A DNA stretch of 64,000 nucleotides from Planctomycetaceae bacterium (GCA_011523305.1 WTHB01000164.1:13922-77921), one strand, 5' to 3'. Positions 46,094-57,574 are shown, numbered from the stretch's first letter. Numbers and translations: made by a program. The notes: generated by a model from the sequence alone, not told the origin.

Positions 46094-47029
46094 GAATGTC
46101 TTGCGTCAGGTGCCGAGTGCGGGCCGGTGGTGGCGACGGGTAGCGGTCAGGGCCGCAGGCGGGCCCGGCGTGCTAGGAAGTTCACCAGGGCAGAATCGAT
46201 CGGCTGGCTCGTCCGCACCAATTGGTAGTCGCACCGCGACCGGGCGGCATGGGTGCGAACTTCCGTCAGGAATGCCTCAATGGCCTCGAGATACCCGGCC
46301 CGTAGGGCTCGAGGGTTACAGGCCAGCTCTTCGGGAAGTTCGAGTCCTTCGAACCTGGTCGGCCCCTCGAAGGGAAAGTCGAGTTCGTCCTCGTCGAGCA
46401 CATGGAAGATCGCCAGGTCGTGGCCCCGTTGGCGGAGCAACTGTAGTCCCTTGAAGACGCCAGCCCGATCGCCCAGGAGGTCCGAGCAGATCACCACGAG
46501 TCCACGGCGGGGAAGCGTTTCGGCAAGCCCGCGGAGCACCGCCAGAAAGTCGGAGGGCTGCTGCTGTCGGGGTTGCTCAAGCGTGGAGACAAGGCCAGCC
46601 AGATGTGAGCGACTGGTGCGGGCTGGCAGGCTGGCCCGAACCTGGTTGTCGAAGACGGCGCAGCCAACGGCATCACCTTGCGAGAGACCGAGCCAGCCCA
46701 GGCTGGCTGCCAGCGTGGCCGCATAGTCGTACTTGGTCAGCCCCGGTGCATCCTGGAATCGGGGCGGGGTGTAGTCCATGCTGGCAGAGCCATCAACCAG
46801 CAGAAACAGCCGAAGGTTAGTCTCGTCCTCAAACTCTTTGACGTAGAGACGATCCTGCCGACCCCAGACTTTCCAGTCGACCCGGCGCAGATCGTCTCCT
46901 CGGGTGTATTCCCGATGCTGCAGGAATTCCACCGAGTTGCCCTTGTAGGGGCTTTTGTGCATGCCGGTGAGAACGCCATCAACAACCGCCCGCGCCCGGA
47001 GGTCGAGCCGGCCGATCCGGGCGAGGACC

Positions 47030-48115
<1,086 letters not shown>

Positions 48116-48251
48116 GGTGGAACACCCACCGCCGCGCCGCCTGATCTTACTTCGCGACCCTTATTCCAGCCACTCGGGGCAGGCATCGGTGTCTCGTTTC
48201 CGGCGTCAGGCGGGCAGCGGGGGGAGGCACACCGGCCACGGTTTCACAGAA

Positions 48252-49361
48252 TCACCGCTGATAGATCGGCAGCATGCCGCCGTCCAGCTGCAGGATCGTC
48301 AGGTTGGTAGCCGTGGTGTAAACCGAGCCGATGTAGCCCTGCTGCCAGAACACCCCGTCACGTTCCCGGGTGGCCTCAGCGCAGAGTCGCGTTTCGATTT
48401 GGCGACGGTAGTCGTTCCACTTGCTCCCGCCTTCACGATACATCACCTGGGCGTAGTAGTAATGGGCGTAGTGCCAGTGCCCGAACCCGGTGTTGGCAAT
48501 GTTGCCGAGGTGGGTCTCGGCATAGGCCAGCATGCGGGGGACGTGGGTGTCGTCGTATTCCCCGGCGTTGAACAGGCAGGCAATGGCGGCTGCTGAGATA
48601 GCCGGTCGGCCGCCACCCCCCTTGGAGCTGTACTGCACGCCGCCGTCGGGCATTGTGCAGGCGTGGATGTAGGCAATGGCTTTGTCGATGATTTCTTTGG
48701 GGACGGGAATGCCGGCGTTACGGCAGCCGCGCAGCCCCTGAACCTGTGTGATGGTGGTTGAGCCTTCGTCAAAGTTGTTCCCGTCCTTCGCGCTGACATA
48801 CCCCCAGCCCCCGTCGGGGGTCTGGGCCCGCCCGGAGAACTCGACGGCTTTCTCGAGGACCCGAATCAGTTCCTGGCGGCGGTGGATGTCCTCTTCTTCG
48901 CCCAGGACCTGAGAGAGGAAGAGCATCGAAAAGCCATGGCCGTAGGTGTAGCGATCGTCGGTCTTCGGATCACCGATCAGGCCATTGGGCCGTGAGCGGC
49001 TGATCAGAAAGTCAACCGCTTGCGCGATCGCGTCGGCATACCGACCCTGGGTTGGCGTGGAGCCCTCCAGCAACAAGGCAGTGCCTGCGAGGGCGGTCAT
49101 GGCCGTGGGGTAGCGTCCTTCGTTGGCGGCCCAGTTGCCCCGCCGTGACTGAGTGGCGACAAGCCAGTCGAGTCCTCCGCGAACAACTTCGTTCACGTCC
49201 AGCGACGCCGCGCTGGCCTGGGTTGCCGTCGCTCCCCCCGGCAGACCGCCAAGCAGCACCATGACGGCGCCCAGGAATGCCGACAGGCCGGCCACGATGC
49301 CGGTGTGATTTCGGTGAGGCATTGGGGGTGAAGAAAGGAAAGGGAAACGCAGCACATGCAC
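48252..49361 (-). CDS. secreted prenyltransferase/squalene-oxidase-repeat (alpha/alpha-toroid) protein
   Basis: Start is GTG 49361 or ATG 49322 (MPHRNHTGIVAGLSAFLGAVMVLLGG). Repeats of the terpenoid-cyclase/prenyltransferase type are GLDWLVATQSRRGNW, AVEFSGRAQTPDGGWGY and AYIHACTMPDGGVQY. Confidence 0.8.
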   Translation of the reverse strand: MHVLRFPFLSSPPMPHRNHTGIVAGLSAFLGAVMVLLGGLPGGATATQASAASLDVNEVVRGGLDWLVATQSRRGNWAANEGRYPTAMTALAGTALLLEGSTPTQGRYADAIAQAVDFLISRSRPNGLIGDPKTDDRYTYGHGFSMLFLSQVLGEEEDIHRRQELIRVLEKAVEFSGRAQTPDGGWGYVSAKDGNNFDEGSTTITQVQGLRGCRNAGIPVPKEIIDKAIAYIHACTMPDGGVQYSSKGGGGRPAISAAAIACLFNAGEYDDTHVPRMLAYAETHLGNIANTGFGHWHYAHYYYAQVMYREGGSKWNDYRRQIETRLCAEATRERDGVFWQQGYIGSVYTTATNLTILQLDGGMLPIYQR

Positions 49362-49379
49362 ACGCAGTTGGAGAGGTTG

Positions 49380-52300
49380 CTATTCAAACAGCATGATTGC
49401 CTTCTCGAGCCAGAACTGAAACTCGCTGGCAATATCAGTGTAGACCAGCGGGTGATCCTCTGCCCGGAATGGAGCGGCTGCAACCGCCGGTTCATCCGTG
49501 AATCGGAGGACAACTTCAGGGAATGTCCCGCCGATCTGATGGCGGGGCCGCATCTGAAGATGAACGGAACTGGTGAGTGGGTCCCCCTTAATATCCAGGC
49601 TGGCGATCAGGGCGGACTCCCGCGGCTCCAGCAGGATTTTGTCATCGAGATGGAGCATCTCGCCCGTTCGCTTGTCGAGACAGAGCAGGCTGTGGCGGGG
49701 GCGGTCTGACCGGCCTCCCGGCTGACGGGGGCGATTCATGTGGAGCTGTCGGGCAAAGACGATCACTGGTACGCCGGCTGGCTGCGGAACGTGGAGCACA
49801 TGCCGCTGCACCGAGGCGGGGCCTGACCAGAGCTGGTCGCCGGTGAGCCGGTCAATGGCCCAGAGGCTACCGGTTTCAACTGTTGTCGGTGATCCGCTTC
49901 GGACGTTGAAACGGTTAATCATTCCGATGCCATTGAATCGCTGTTTGTCTCGTGCCGTCTCGTTGCGGCTGATGAAGACCAGGTATCGGTCATTCCAGGG
50001 GATGCAGTGGATCTGCCGCAGATCAGCCGCCATGGCAGGAAGTTTGGTCGAGAACATGACGCGGCTGCCAGCGACATCGAAGGTGGTCAGATGTCCCCGT
50101 GGGTCGACCGTCATGAACAGTTCCTGAGCGGCCTGCACCGCCCGAGCCATCCGGTCACAGGTGCCCGCTGGCGTCGTTTTGCCGTTGGCTGCATCAAGCG
50201 TCGTGAGGGTAAGCTCTTCAGCATCCGATGCATCGTCAGCCAGAACAAGCAGCCGACGTCCGACAGCGGCGAGTCGTTGCGGTCGCGGGGGGAGGTCATG
50301 CTGGGCAAGCAGCCGCCCATCGGCCATCGAGAGCACCAGTGAATCGGTGCCTTCCGGAGTAGTCAGGCAGAGCACGTCACGGTCGCCGAAGGCCTCTGCT
50401 TGCGCGGCAATCTGCCGTCGCCGCCAGAGTATCCGGCCGGTCCGGAGATCGCGGAGTTCAAGCGTTGAGCCATGGATCACTGGCACGCCCGTGAGCTGTG
50501 GCTCGCCCAACCGGAAGTCAGGTGTGCGCAGAACCTGATGCAGCGGCTGCGGCCCTGCCTGGCTGCCCAGGGGCAGCAGGCCGAGCGGGCGAAGGAGCCG
50601 ATCGGTGTCCTCCCGAATCCGGCTGGTGTATCGCAGTGGGCTATCGGCAGCGGGATGGACCATCGTCCAGAGCAACCTGTTCTCGCCGTGAACGGGCTCA
50701 CCGATCTCATAGGCCAGCAGGCTGCCGGTGGTCTGCACCAGCAGCACGCGGCTCACCAGGAAGGCGGTCGTCGCCGCAAGCCGTGGGTCACCTCCGAGAA
50801 ACTGCCGGCCTTGGTGCCGAGGGAGATCGAGGACCAGCGGACTGCCGATCTGCCGGCCGTAACGGTCCCGCAGGGCGAGGGTCTCGTTTCTCGCTTCCAG
50901 GGTGGCCTCGGGGAAGGCCGAATCTGCCGTGTGAGTCAGACTGACGGGGGTAGCGGTTTGGAACATGTCGCCGTTCCCGGCGGAGACGTCCTGCTTGCTG
51001 ACCTCGACCCGGCCCGGTGGCCAGGCGGTTTCACTGACCGTGGCCGAGGGCTGGCCTGCGGCGGCTGACATGGGCACGCCGGCACCGGCTGGTTCCGGCA
51101 GCTGCTGGTTGAGCAGGTCGTGCTCCAGTTGGCTGTCCTGAAACGCCATGCCGGATTGCTCAGCCGCCAACGACACGAGTGCGGCAAGCAGCGCTTCTTG
51201 GGCCTTTCTGACAGGCGGCTGATTGCCAACCCGGTCGATTGCAAGCCGCAGGGCGGCGGACTGCTCAGCCAGGGTGGACTGCTCACGGGCTGTGATGAGG
51301 ATGGCAGCCAGATCCTCGGCAACCTGCTCGCGTACGGCGGGTGGAACGGTCAGGCCTGTCTGGCCCTGCGGTTCGAGCAGCCGGTGAATCTGCCGCTGGA
51401 ACCAGCGTGAGTCGGCCAGCGACAGGTTGGGGTCCGCCCGGTCAGGGACGAGCGGTTCGGGAATGGCGGCAGGTTGTCCAGAGGGAACGCTCACCAGATA
51501 GCTTTGGCAAACAGTCCAGGCGGCCGCCGGGTCATTGGCAGCAAAGGAACCTGCCGCTGCCGCATGGTGAATCGCTGCCACGAGCCTCGCGGAGTCGGCC
51601 AGCCTCACCCCTTCCGGCCAGCAGTCGGCGGCTGCGGGAAAGTCATGGTCGAGCGCAAACCTGATGGCCCGAGCGACGACGGCAGGGGCGGGCTGAGTGC
51701 CCGCCGGGCCGAAGACCGAGCGGAGGTCGTTCAGCCCTGCCGTGGTCTTGCCAGCGGCCAGCCGCAGGTGCCCTCGCCAGCCGATGGCCCAGGGGTCGTC
51801 CGGCTCGGTTCGCAGCGCTGTTTCAATAGCCCGCTCGAGCACGGCCGTCTGGTGATAGGCGTCGAGGGTATCGAGCCCTTGCGAAAGAATCTCACCACGA
51901 TGAGCAATCAGATTGCCGGGCAGCGTCTGGTCGCGTCCCGGTGACCTGCCCACCAGGCGGCCGGTAGCCAGATCAAATTCGGCAACGGCAGGGGTGGTCA
52001 GCGGGACGAATAGGCGGCTTTCGGTGAGCAGCGGCCGGCCGCAGAGGCGGGCATCCGCGAACCCGTCTTGGGTCTTCCAGAGTACCTGCCCATCATCGAC
52101 TGCAATCGCCGTGGCAGCCTGTTGCCCGAGCAGAATCACTCGGGAGCCAACGACCCCTGCGATCGTGAGCTGCTCATTGCGTGGAATCTTCCACTGCACC
52201 ACGCCGCTGCGGAGGTCGAGGCAGTGCAGTTCGTCAGAACTGACCGGCGTCAGCAGGACATGGTTGCCAAGGATGGTTGGAACGGAGTCGAGCCAGCCAC

Positions 52301-54128
52301 CACCGGTTCCGCCGCGAGGAAGATCCATTCGCACCTGCATGCCGTTGCCCAGCCGGTGGATGGTCGCCGCCTTCGGAATCGGAAACTGGTAAGCCCACCG
52401 CAGGGTGCGGGTCGTTGCATCAACGGCGATCGTGGCCCCAGCGCCGGTGGGACAGATCAGCACGCCGTGGGCGAAGGCTGGGGAGAGGCCCGCGAAGCGG
52501 CGTTCTTGCCGGCTGGCGATGGCATGGTCGACATCAACCTCTGCCAGAGGCTGAGACCAGACGGTCTCTCCCGTGTCGGCAGCGAGAACATCAAGACGAA
52601 TCTGCTGACGTTGTTCAACCAGCACATAGAGTTCATTTCCCAGTGGCAGCGGACTGCCGAGAAACCAGCGGTCCTGAGGTTTCTCGGTTTCGCGTGGCAG
52701 CTGCCAGTGGACGTGCCCGTCGTTCAGGTCGTAGGCGATCAGCCGGTTGGCCGAGGGGACTGCGGCAGCGGGGTTTCGCTGCCGCAGGGGAGGAATCCCA
52801 CGGCGTGGCGATTCGACCACGAAGACCCGTTGGCCATCGCTGGCCAGTGTGGCTGACGCGGTGTCATGAAACAGACGGTCGAGCGGATGAAGCCCTTCCC
52901 TGCCCTCGTCGTCCTCATCGTCATCGACGATTGCCGAACTCGTGAGTTGCCCCTGCAGCCAGGTTCGTTTGCCGGTTTCGAAGTCGATCGCGACAACGCC
53001 GGCTCGGGAGTGCACGACGACGGTGTCACCGACCGCCACCGGTGTGCCGGCCGGCAGAATGGGCAGGCCTTGTTCGATGAAGGATTCCCGGCGTTCGGCC
53101 AGCAACCGTTGCTCTTCCGGGTGCAGGGTCAGAGGAACGCGGTAGCGGGGCACAAGCAGTGGGCGATCGGCAGAGGTGACCGGATTTCGGCTCGGGCCAC
53201 CCCGCTGCAGGGGCCAGTTCGTGGCTTGCTGGTGGGCGTCTGCGGACGTTGACGGAGGCGTGAGGACTGCTGCCAACTGCATTGCCAATCGGTGATCACT
53301 GACCGCGTCGCGCCTCTGAAGCGAAGCGGCGGCGAGCCGGCCAGCTTTCGGGAGGCCCGAGATTCGTTCGCTCAGGTCTGGGCGGACGGCCGGGTCGGTG
53401 GTGGCAAGTTCAGCCGCAGCTCGCATGAAGGCGACGGCGTCTGTCACGGCCACTGGCAGGAAGCGGTGCGGGCTGTTCTCGATGCGATCGAGCCAGGCTG
53501 CTGCGGCGAGGGGTTGCCCTGCTTCCAGCAATGCCTCAGCCGTCATGATCGCAGCCCGCTGGCCAGCTTCGGTGTGAAACCAGCGGCGGGCCACTTGAAC
53601 GATGGCGTCCTGATCGTCCGCAGCAATTGCTGCGGTGAGCCTGCGATCGGCACGGCTTCGAAACTGAAGCTGGTAGGCATCACGACCGGCCGGGGGCAGG
53701 CTGCCAATCAGGTCATTGACCCGGGTCTTCATGCTCTGGCAGGTCTGATCGTCAGCCTCGTCGCCCTCGAGAAAGAAGTCATCCTCGGCTGCCAGCATCT
53801 CATCGAGCAGCGTGGTGGCGTCGGCCATGCGTCCGGCGACAATCAGCCGTTGGGCCTGGTCGAACTGGCGTTCGCGAAGCCGCTCACGCGGTAGGAACAC
53901 ACCGGTGGCCGTCAGCGACTCGCCTTCGTCGTGGTCGAGGGCGACTGCTTCGAGAGCCCTGGCGAACCGCATGAGCGGCCAACTCAGGAGGCAGCCCGTC
54001 GTGAAGACGGCCAGCGTCAACAGCAGGCCAGTTGCGTGCCAGCGTGGGTGAGCCGGTGGAGCAGACGGTGCTTCGGCTGCGTCGGGCTGGCGAGCACGGG
54101 TGGCTGGGGCACTGGATCGGTGGGGCAT
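49380..54128 (-). CDS. membrane-anchored giant protein (1582 aa): helical N-terminal region plus many PQQ-like (BamB-type) beta-propeller repeats
   Basis: ATG at 54126-54128. TM anchor is ATGLLLTLAVFTTGCLLSWPL. Recurrent propeller-blade motifs are HVHWQLPRE, TVWSQPLAE, TLRWAYQFP, VVQWKIPRN, QVLWKTQDG, RILWRRRQI and DQLWSGPAS. Confidence 0.85.
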   Translation of the reverse strand: MPHRSSAPATRARQPDAAEAPSAPPAHPRWHATGLLLTLAVFTTGCLLSWPLMRFARALEAVALDHDEGESLTATGVFLPRERLRERQFDQAQRLIVAGRMADATTLLDEMLAAEDDFFLEGDEADDQTCQSMKTRVNDLIGSLPPAGRDAYQLQFRSRADRRLTAAIAADDQDAIVQVARRWFHTEAGQRAAIMTAEALLEAGQPLAAAAWLDRIENSPHRFLPVAVTDAVAFMRAAAELATTDPAVRPDLSERISGLPKAGRLAAASLQRRDAVSDHRLAMQLAAVLTPPSTSADAHQQATNWPLQRGGPSRNPVTSADRPLLVPRYRVPLTLHPEEQRLLAERRESFIEQGLPILPAGTPVAVGDTVVVHSRAGVVAIDFETGKRTWLQGQLTSSAIVDDDEDDEGREGLHPLDRLFHDTASATLASDGQRVFVVESPRRGIPPLRQRNPAAAVPSANRLIAYDLNDGHVHWQLPRETEKPQDRWFLGSPLPLGNELYVLVEQRQQIRLDVLAADTGETVWSQPLAEVDVDHAIASRQERRFAGLSPAFAHGVLICPTGAGATIAVDATTRTLRWAYQFPIPKAATIHRLGNGMQVRMDLPRGGTGGGWLDSVPTILGNHVLLTPVSSDELHCLDLRSGVVQWKIPRNEQLTIAGVVGSRVILLGQQAATAIAVDDGQVLWKTQDGFADARLCGRPLLTESRLFVPLTTPAVAEFDLATGRLVGRSPGRDQTLPGNLIAHRGEILSQGLDTLDAYHQTAVLERAIETALRTEPDDPWAIGWRGHLRLAAGKTTAGLNDLRSVFGPAGTQPAPAVVARAIRFALDHDFPAAADCWPEGVRLADSARLVAAIHHAAAAGSFAANDPAAAWTVCQSYLVSVPSGQPAAIPEPLVPDRADPNLSLADSRWFQRQIHRLLEPQGQTGLTVPPAVREQVAEDLAAILITAREQSTLAEQSAALRLAIDRVGNQPPVRKAQEALLAALVSLAAEQSGMAFQDSQLEHDLLNQQLPEPAGAGVPMSAAAGQPSATVSETAWPPGRVEVSKQDVSAGNGDMFQTATPVSLTHTADSAFPEATLEARNETLALRDRYGRQIGSPLVLDLPRHQGRQFLGGDPRLAATTAFLVSRVLLVQTTGSLLAYEIGEPVHGENRLLWTMVHPAADSPLRYTSRIREDTDRLLRPLGLLPLGSQAGPQPLHQVLRTPDFRLGEPQLTGVPVIHGSTLELRDLRTGRILWRRRQIAAQAEAFGDRDVLCLTTPEGTDSLVLSMADGRLLAQHDLPPRPQRLAAVGRRLLVLADDASDAEELTLTTLDAANGKTTPAGTCDRMARAVQAAQELFMTVDPRGHLTTFDVAGSRVMFSTKLPAMAADLRQIHCIPWNDRYLVFISRNETARDKQRFNGIGMINRFNVRSGSPTTVETGSLWAIDRLTGDQLWSGPASVQRHVLHVPQPAGVPVIVFARQLHMNRPRQPGGRSDRPRHSLLCLDKRTGEMLHLDDKILLEPRESALIASLDIKGDPLTSSVHLQMRPRHQIGGTFPEVVLRFTDEPAVAAAPFRAEDHPLVYTDIASEFQFWLEKAIMLFE

Positions 54129-54518
54129 GGCATCGTCCTCACGCTCAGGCTCAGGGGGATGCAGGCACGGCAGATGCTCAGGAATCGGTTCCGAGCAGAC
54201 TGACGCCCAACTCCCTTATTTTTACCGAGAATGCGGAAATCTGTCGTATCCGCTGGCAAAACACCCATAAAACACGGGGGAAAGTCGGCCGTGTGGCGAG
54301 CAGGCAGATCGTCGGCCACGCCGAAAGAGACCCCTTCCGGGGAGGGGTCGGATTCCGGAGGGGGCGACGGTTGTCCTGAAAAAATGCGGTATTTCCCTTG
54401 CATTTTTGGGTTTCTTGAATCTAATCACCGTCGCAAGCGACCGGATGTGGGTCGAGCACCGAAATGCGGTCGTATGAAGTGCCGCACACTTTTAATTTCC
54501 CTTGGGAGGCATGAGCGA

Positions 54519-54848
54519 ATGGCGAAGAAGACGGGCGTAAAGCCAATGACGAAGACGGAGATCATGCGGGCGATTTCCGAGACAACTGGCCTGCCGAAGA
54601 AGGACGTGGTCGCGGTGGTTGAGTCGCTGACCGAAGAAATCGGCAAGGCACTGAAGTCCAGCGGGGTTGGCGTGTTCTCGATTCCGGGTCTCGTGAAGAT
54701 TGAGCGTCGGAAGGTGCCTGCTCGTCCGGCCCAGAAGAACGTTAAGAACCCCTTCACCGGTGAACTGCAGGACCGTCCGGCCAAGCCAGCCAGCGTCAAG
54801 GTTCGCGTGCGGGCCCTGAAGAACCTCAAGGCCATGGTCGTGAGCTGA
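54519..54848 (+). CDS. HU/IHF-family DNA-binding protein with Lys-rich N-terminal tail
   Basis: ATG at 54519 is preceded by GGGAGG (54504-54509, 9-nt spacer). The sequence MTKTEIMRAISETTGLPKKDVVAVVESLTEEIGKAL...IPGLVKIERRKVPARPAQKNVKNPFTGE is colinear with HU. The 96 upstream codons of the tracked ORF are rejected. Confidence 0.88.
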   Translation: MAKKTGVKPMTKTEIMRAISETTGLPKKDVVAVVESLTEEIGKALKSSGVGVFSIPGLVKIERRKVPARPAQKNVKNPFTGELQDRPAKPASVKVRVRALKNLKAMVVS

Positions 54849-54903
54849 GCAGCAAACGCTGTTTGCATCGGTCCGTCAGCGGGCCTGTGCGTCTGAAAAC
54901 AAA

Positions 54904-54938
54904 ACGGGCGGCATCCTTTGTGGATGCCGCCCGTTTTC
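54904..54938. terminator. bidirectional rho-independent terminator shared by the HU-like gene and the convergent GGDEF regulator
   Basis: Perfect 13-bp stem acgggcggcatcc (54904-54916) / ggatgccgcccgt (54922-54934) with loop tttgt. It is flanked by aaaacaaaa on the left and tttt on the right. The minus-strand gene's stop codon (tca, 54937-54939) overlaps the right-hand T-run. Confidence 0.85.
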
Positions 54939-55908
54939 ATTGCCGCCGGGACGCGGTCTTGTGGGGTGGCTTGCTCACCAGCTGATTGCGACCGGCAAGT
55001 TTTGCGTCGTAGAGGCGGTCATCGGCCTGTGAGACGAGTGCCTGCCAGCCGCCTTCGGCCGCGGCAGGCCAGGCTACTGCAGCCCCGACGGAAATGGTCA
55101 CTGGAGACTGGGCGGTTTGATCAGCCGTCGTCGCCGTGGTGGCTTCCACGTGCGCGATGAGCTGTTCACCAAGATGGCGGGCCTGCTCGGCTGTGCCGCC
55201 GGGAAGAACAGCAAGAAACTCCTCACCACCCCAGCGGCCGACTGTCGCGCCGGCATCACCGCAGGCTTCCAGCAACGTGCCCGCGACCTGCGTCAGGCAG
55301 CGATCGCCTGCGGCATGGCCACAGGAATCGTTGAATTGTTTGAAGTGGTCGATGTCGATCATCAAGATTCCAAGAGGCCTGTCGTTGTTGTGGCAGTCTT
55401 CCCATGCCTTGTCGAGCGTTTCGTACAGATGCCGACGGTTACCGAGCCCGGTCAGTGGGTCGGTGTGGGCGAGTGACTGCAGGCTTTTGCGTTCTTCCGC
55501 CTCGTGGGCGTGCCGTCGCAGGGCCAATGCAAGCGTCACCTGCAGGTCATGGGGACGCACCGGCTTGCCGAGATAGCCGGCGGGCGAAAAGTCGGCAACG
55601 GCTCTGACTGCGTTCTCGGCCTCGGGCCCGGCGAGGAAGACAAGAACGACATTTTCCGCCTGTCGGAGTTCGCGGGCGGTTTGTAGAGCGTTGCTGTGCG
55701 GGAGCGTGCCGATGTCCAGCAGCACCACGTCGGGCCTGTCTCGCTGGACGGTGGCCAGCACATCGCTGCTGACAGAAACAACACCCGAGACCCCATAGCC
55801 GATCTGGCGAAGGTCTTTGGCAAGCAGGTCAGTCGACAGCGGATCGTCATCGACGATGAGAACCCGAAACGGTCGGCTCGGCGTAGTCATCTTCATATGG
55901 TCCTTCAT
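54937..55908 (-). CDS. response regulator receiver + GGDEF diguanylate cyclase
   Basis: In-frame ATGs at 55968, 55908, 55896 and 55890; the start is uncertain. REC block is FRVLIVDDDPLSTDLL...PDVVLLDI. GGDEF domain has DPLTGLGNRRHL, LMIDIDHFKQFND and GRWGGEEF. No RxxD I-site is visible upstream of GGEEF. Confidence 0.88.
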   Translation of the reverse strand: MKDHMKMTTPSRPFRVLIVDDDPLSTDLLAKDLRQIGYGVSGVVSVSSDVLATVQRDRPDVVLLDIGTLPHSNALQTARELRQAENVVLVFLAGPEAENAVRAVADFSPAGYLGKPVRPHDLQVTLALALRRHAHEAEERKSLQSLAHTDPLTGLGNRRHLYETLDKAWEDCHNNDRPLGILMIDIDHFKQFNDSCGHAAGDRCLTQVAGTLLEACGDAGATVGRWGGEEFLAVLPGGTAEQARHLGEQLIAHVEATTATTADQTAQSPVTISVGAAVAWPAAAEGGWQALVSQADDRLYDAKLAGRNQLVSKPPHKTASRRQ

Positions 55909-56104
55909 GGTCACTCGCCGTATCCCGTGAGGTGAGGTAAGAACCGCCGAGGCGAGGACATAGTACATTGTGCGAGGTCTGCCAAAGTTGCAAGGGATTC
56001 GCCGTGGCTGCTACGTTCCCGTCGAGTGCTCGCTTCTCCGCGAAAGCATTTGACATTCCCCGGTCCTGTGAAACTGAGCGAAAAAACCTGAAGGAGATTG
56101 GGGT

Positions 56105-57574
56105 ATGCGGAACATAATTGCTGCGTCGCGACGCCGGTTCCTGGGAGGATCGATCGCTGCCGGTGGTCTGGTTGCCACTGGTGCGATGGTCCCGCGGGCA
56201 GTCGCAGGGGCCAATAACCGGGTGCGGATTGCCGTGCTCGGCTTGAATGGCCGTGGGCAGGCCCATATCAGCGGGTTCCTTGGACAGAAGGATGTCGAGA
56301 TTGCCGCGGTTGTTGATCCGGACGCGAACGTACTGGCGCGGACGCTCAAGGTGCTTGAGAAGCGAACCGAGGGAAAGTCAAAAACCAAGGGCGTGGCCGA
56401 CTTCCGCGAAGTGCTCGATGACCCAACCATCGACGCGATCACCATCGCCGCTCCGAACCATTGGCATTCCCTGATGACGATCATGGCCGCACAGGCTGGA
56501 AAGCATGTGTACGTGGAAAAGCCGCTCAGCCATGACATTGTGGAAGGACGCGTGGCGGTTGCGGCCCAGGAAAAATATGGCGTGGTGATTCAGCACGGGA
56601 CGCAGCGGCGAAGCGACGCCGGGATCGCTGGCCTTCACGAGGCTCTCAAGGACGGCACCCTGCCCCGGCTGAAGATTGCCTACGGCTATTGCTGCAAGCC
56701 TCGAAACGGCATTGGCTTCAAGGAGTCAGGCCCGCCTCCGGCGAACCTCAACTGGGACCTCTGGAAGGGGCCCGCGGTCCTTGAGCAGTACAACCCGAAC
56801 TTCGTGCCATACAACTGGCACTGGTTCTGGAAGACCGGCAATGGTGACCTGAACAATCAGGGGACCCATCAACTTGATGTAGCCCGCTGGGCGATCGATG
56901 ACGACCAGACGCATCCAGTCAAAGCGATGGCCATCGGGGGGCGGTTTCAGTGGAACGACCAAGGGGAAACCCCGAATACGATGTTCGCCATGGCCGAATA
57001 CCCAAACGGCCAGATGGTGTTCTTCAACGTTCGCAACGTCAACCACAAGGGCTACAAGCATCAGGTCTACAACGAGTACTACCTGGAAGACGGCAGTGTG
57101 ATCACGGGCGAAAGCACCTACAAGATCAAGAGGCCCGGGAGCGACGCCTTTGAGCCGCTCGAACTCGAAAAAGGCCAGGTGACCCCCGGCGGCAACTGGG
57201 CCAGTTTCATTGCGGCAGTGCGGGCCAATGACCCGTCAATGGCCAACGGCAATGTCATCGATGCCCATTACGGCTGCGTGCTTGGGCATGTGATGAACAA
57301 CTCGTACCGTCTTGGCGAGACAGTGCCCTTCAACGCAAAGGCCGGCCGGTTTGGTGACAATGCCGATGCAGCCGAGCACTTTGCCAAATTGCACGAAATC
57401 ATGCGGGATGGGGTGGGGATTCCCGAGGATGCGGCCAATTATCAGCTTGGGCCGACGCTCTCGTTTGACCCGGCGACCGAGCGGTTTATTGGTGAGCATG
57501 CCGAGGCCGCCAATCGACTGCTCAAAGACGACAACAACCCTGGCTTCCGCGTGCCGAATGCAAGTGCTGTTTGA
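56105..57574 (+). CDS. Tat-exported Gfo/Idh/MocA-family oxidoreductase
   Basis: Twin-arginine signal MRNIIAASRRRFLGGSIAAGGLVATGA. Rossmann start is VRIAVLGLNGRGQAH. The family block VYVEKPLSHD is present. Confidence 0.88.
   Translation: MRNIIAASRRRFLGGSIAAGGLVATGAMVPRAVAGANNRVRIAVLGLNGRGQAHISGFLGQKDVEIAAVVDPDANVLARTLKVLEKRTEGKSKTKGVADFREVLDDPTIDAITIAAPNHWHSLMTIMAAQAGKHVYVEKPLSHDIVEGRVAVAAQEKYGVVIQHGTQRRSDAGIAGLHEALKDGTLPRLKIAYGYCCKPRNGIGFKESGPPPANLNWDLWKGPAVLEQYNPNFVPYNWHWFWKTGNGDLNNQGTHQLDVARWAIDDDQTHPVKAMAIGGRFQWNDQGETPNTMFAMAEYPNGQMVFFNVRNVNHKGYKHQVYNEYYLEDGSVITGESTYKIKRPGSDAFEPLELEKGQVTPGGNWASFIAAVRANDPSMANGNVIDAHYGCVLGHVMNNSYRLGETVPFNAKAGRFGDNADAAEHFAKLHEIMRDGVGIPEDAANYQLGPTLSFDPATERFIGEHAEAANRLLKDDNNPGFRVPNASAV

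Noticed and set aside
54250-54275. TGGCA-containing stretch considered as a sigma-54 promoter for the HU-like gene
   Set aside because: No TTGC element sits at the required spacing after TGGCA. It is a single-half-site match only.
54231-54518. 96-codon N-terminal extension of the HU-like ORF
   Set aside because: The extension is Gly/Arg/Ser-rich with no HU similarity. A good GGGAGG Shine-Dalgarno sequence sits 9 nt upstream of the internal ATG at 54519, which gives a normal-length HU.
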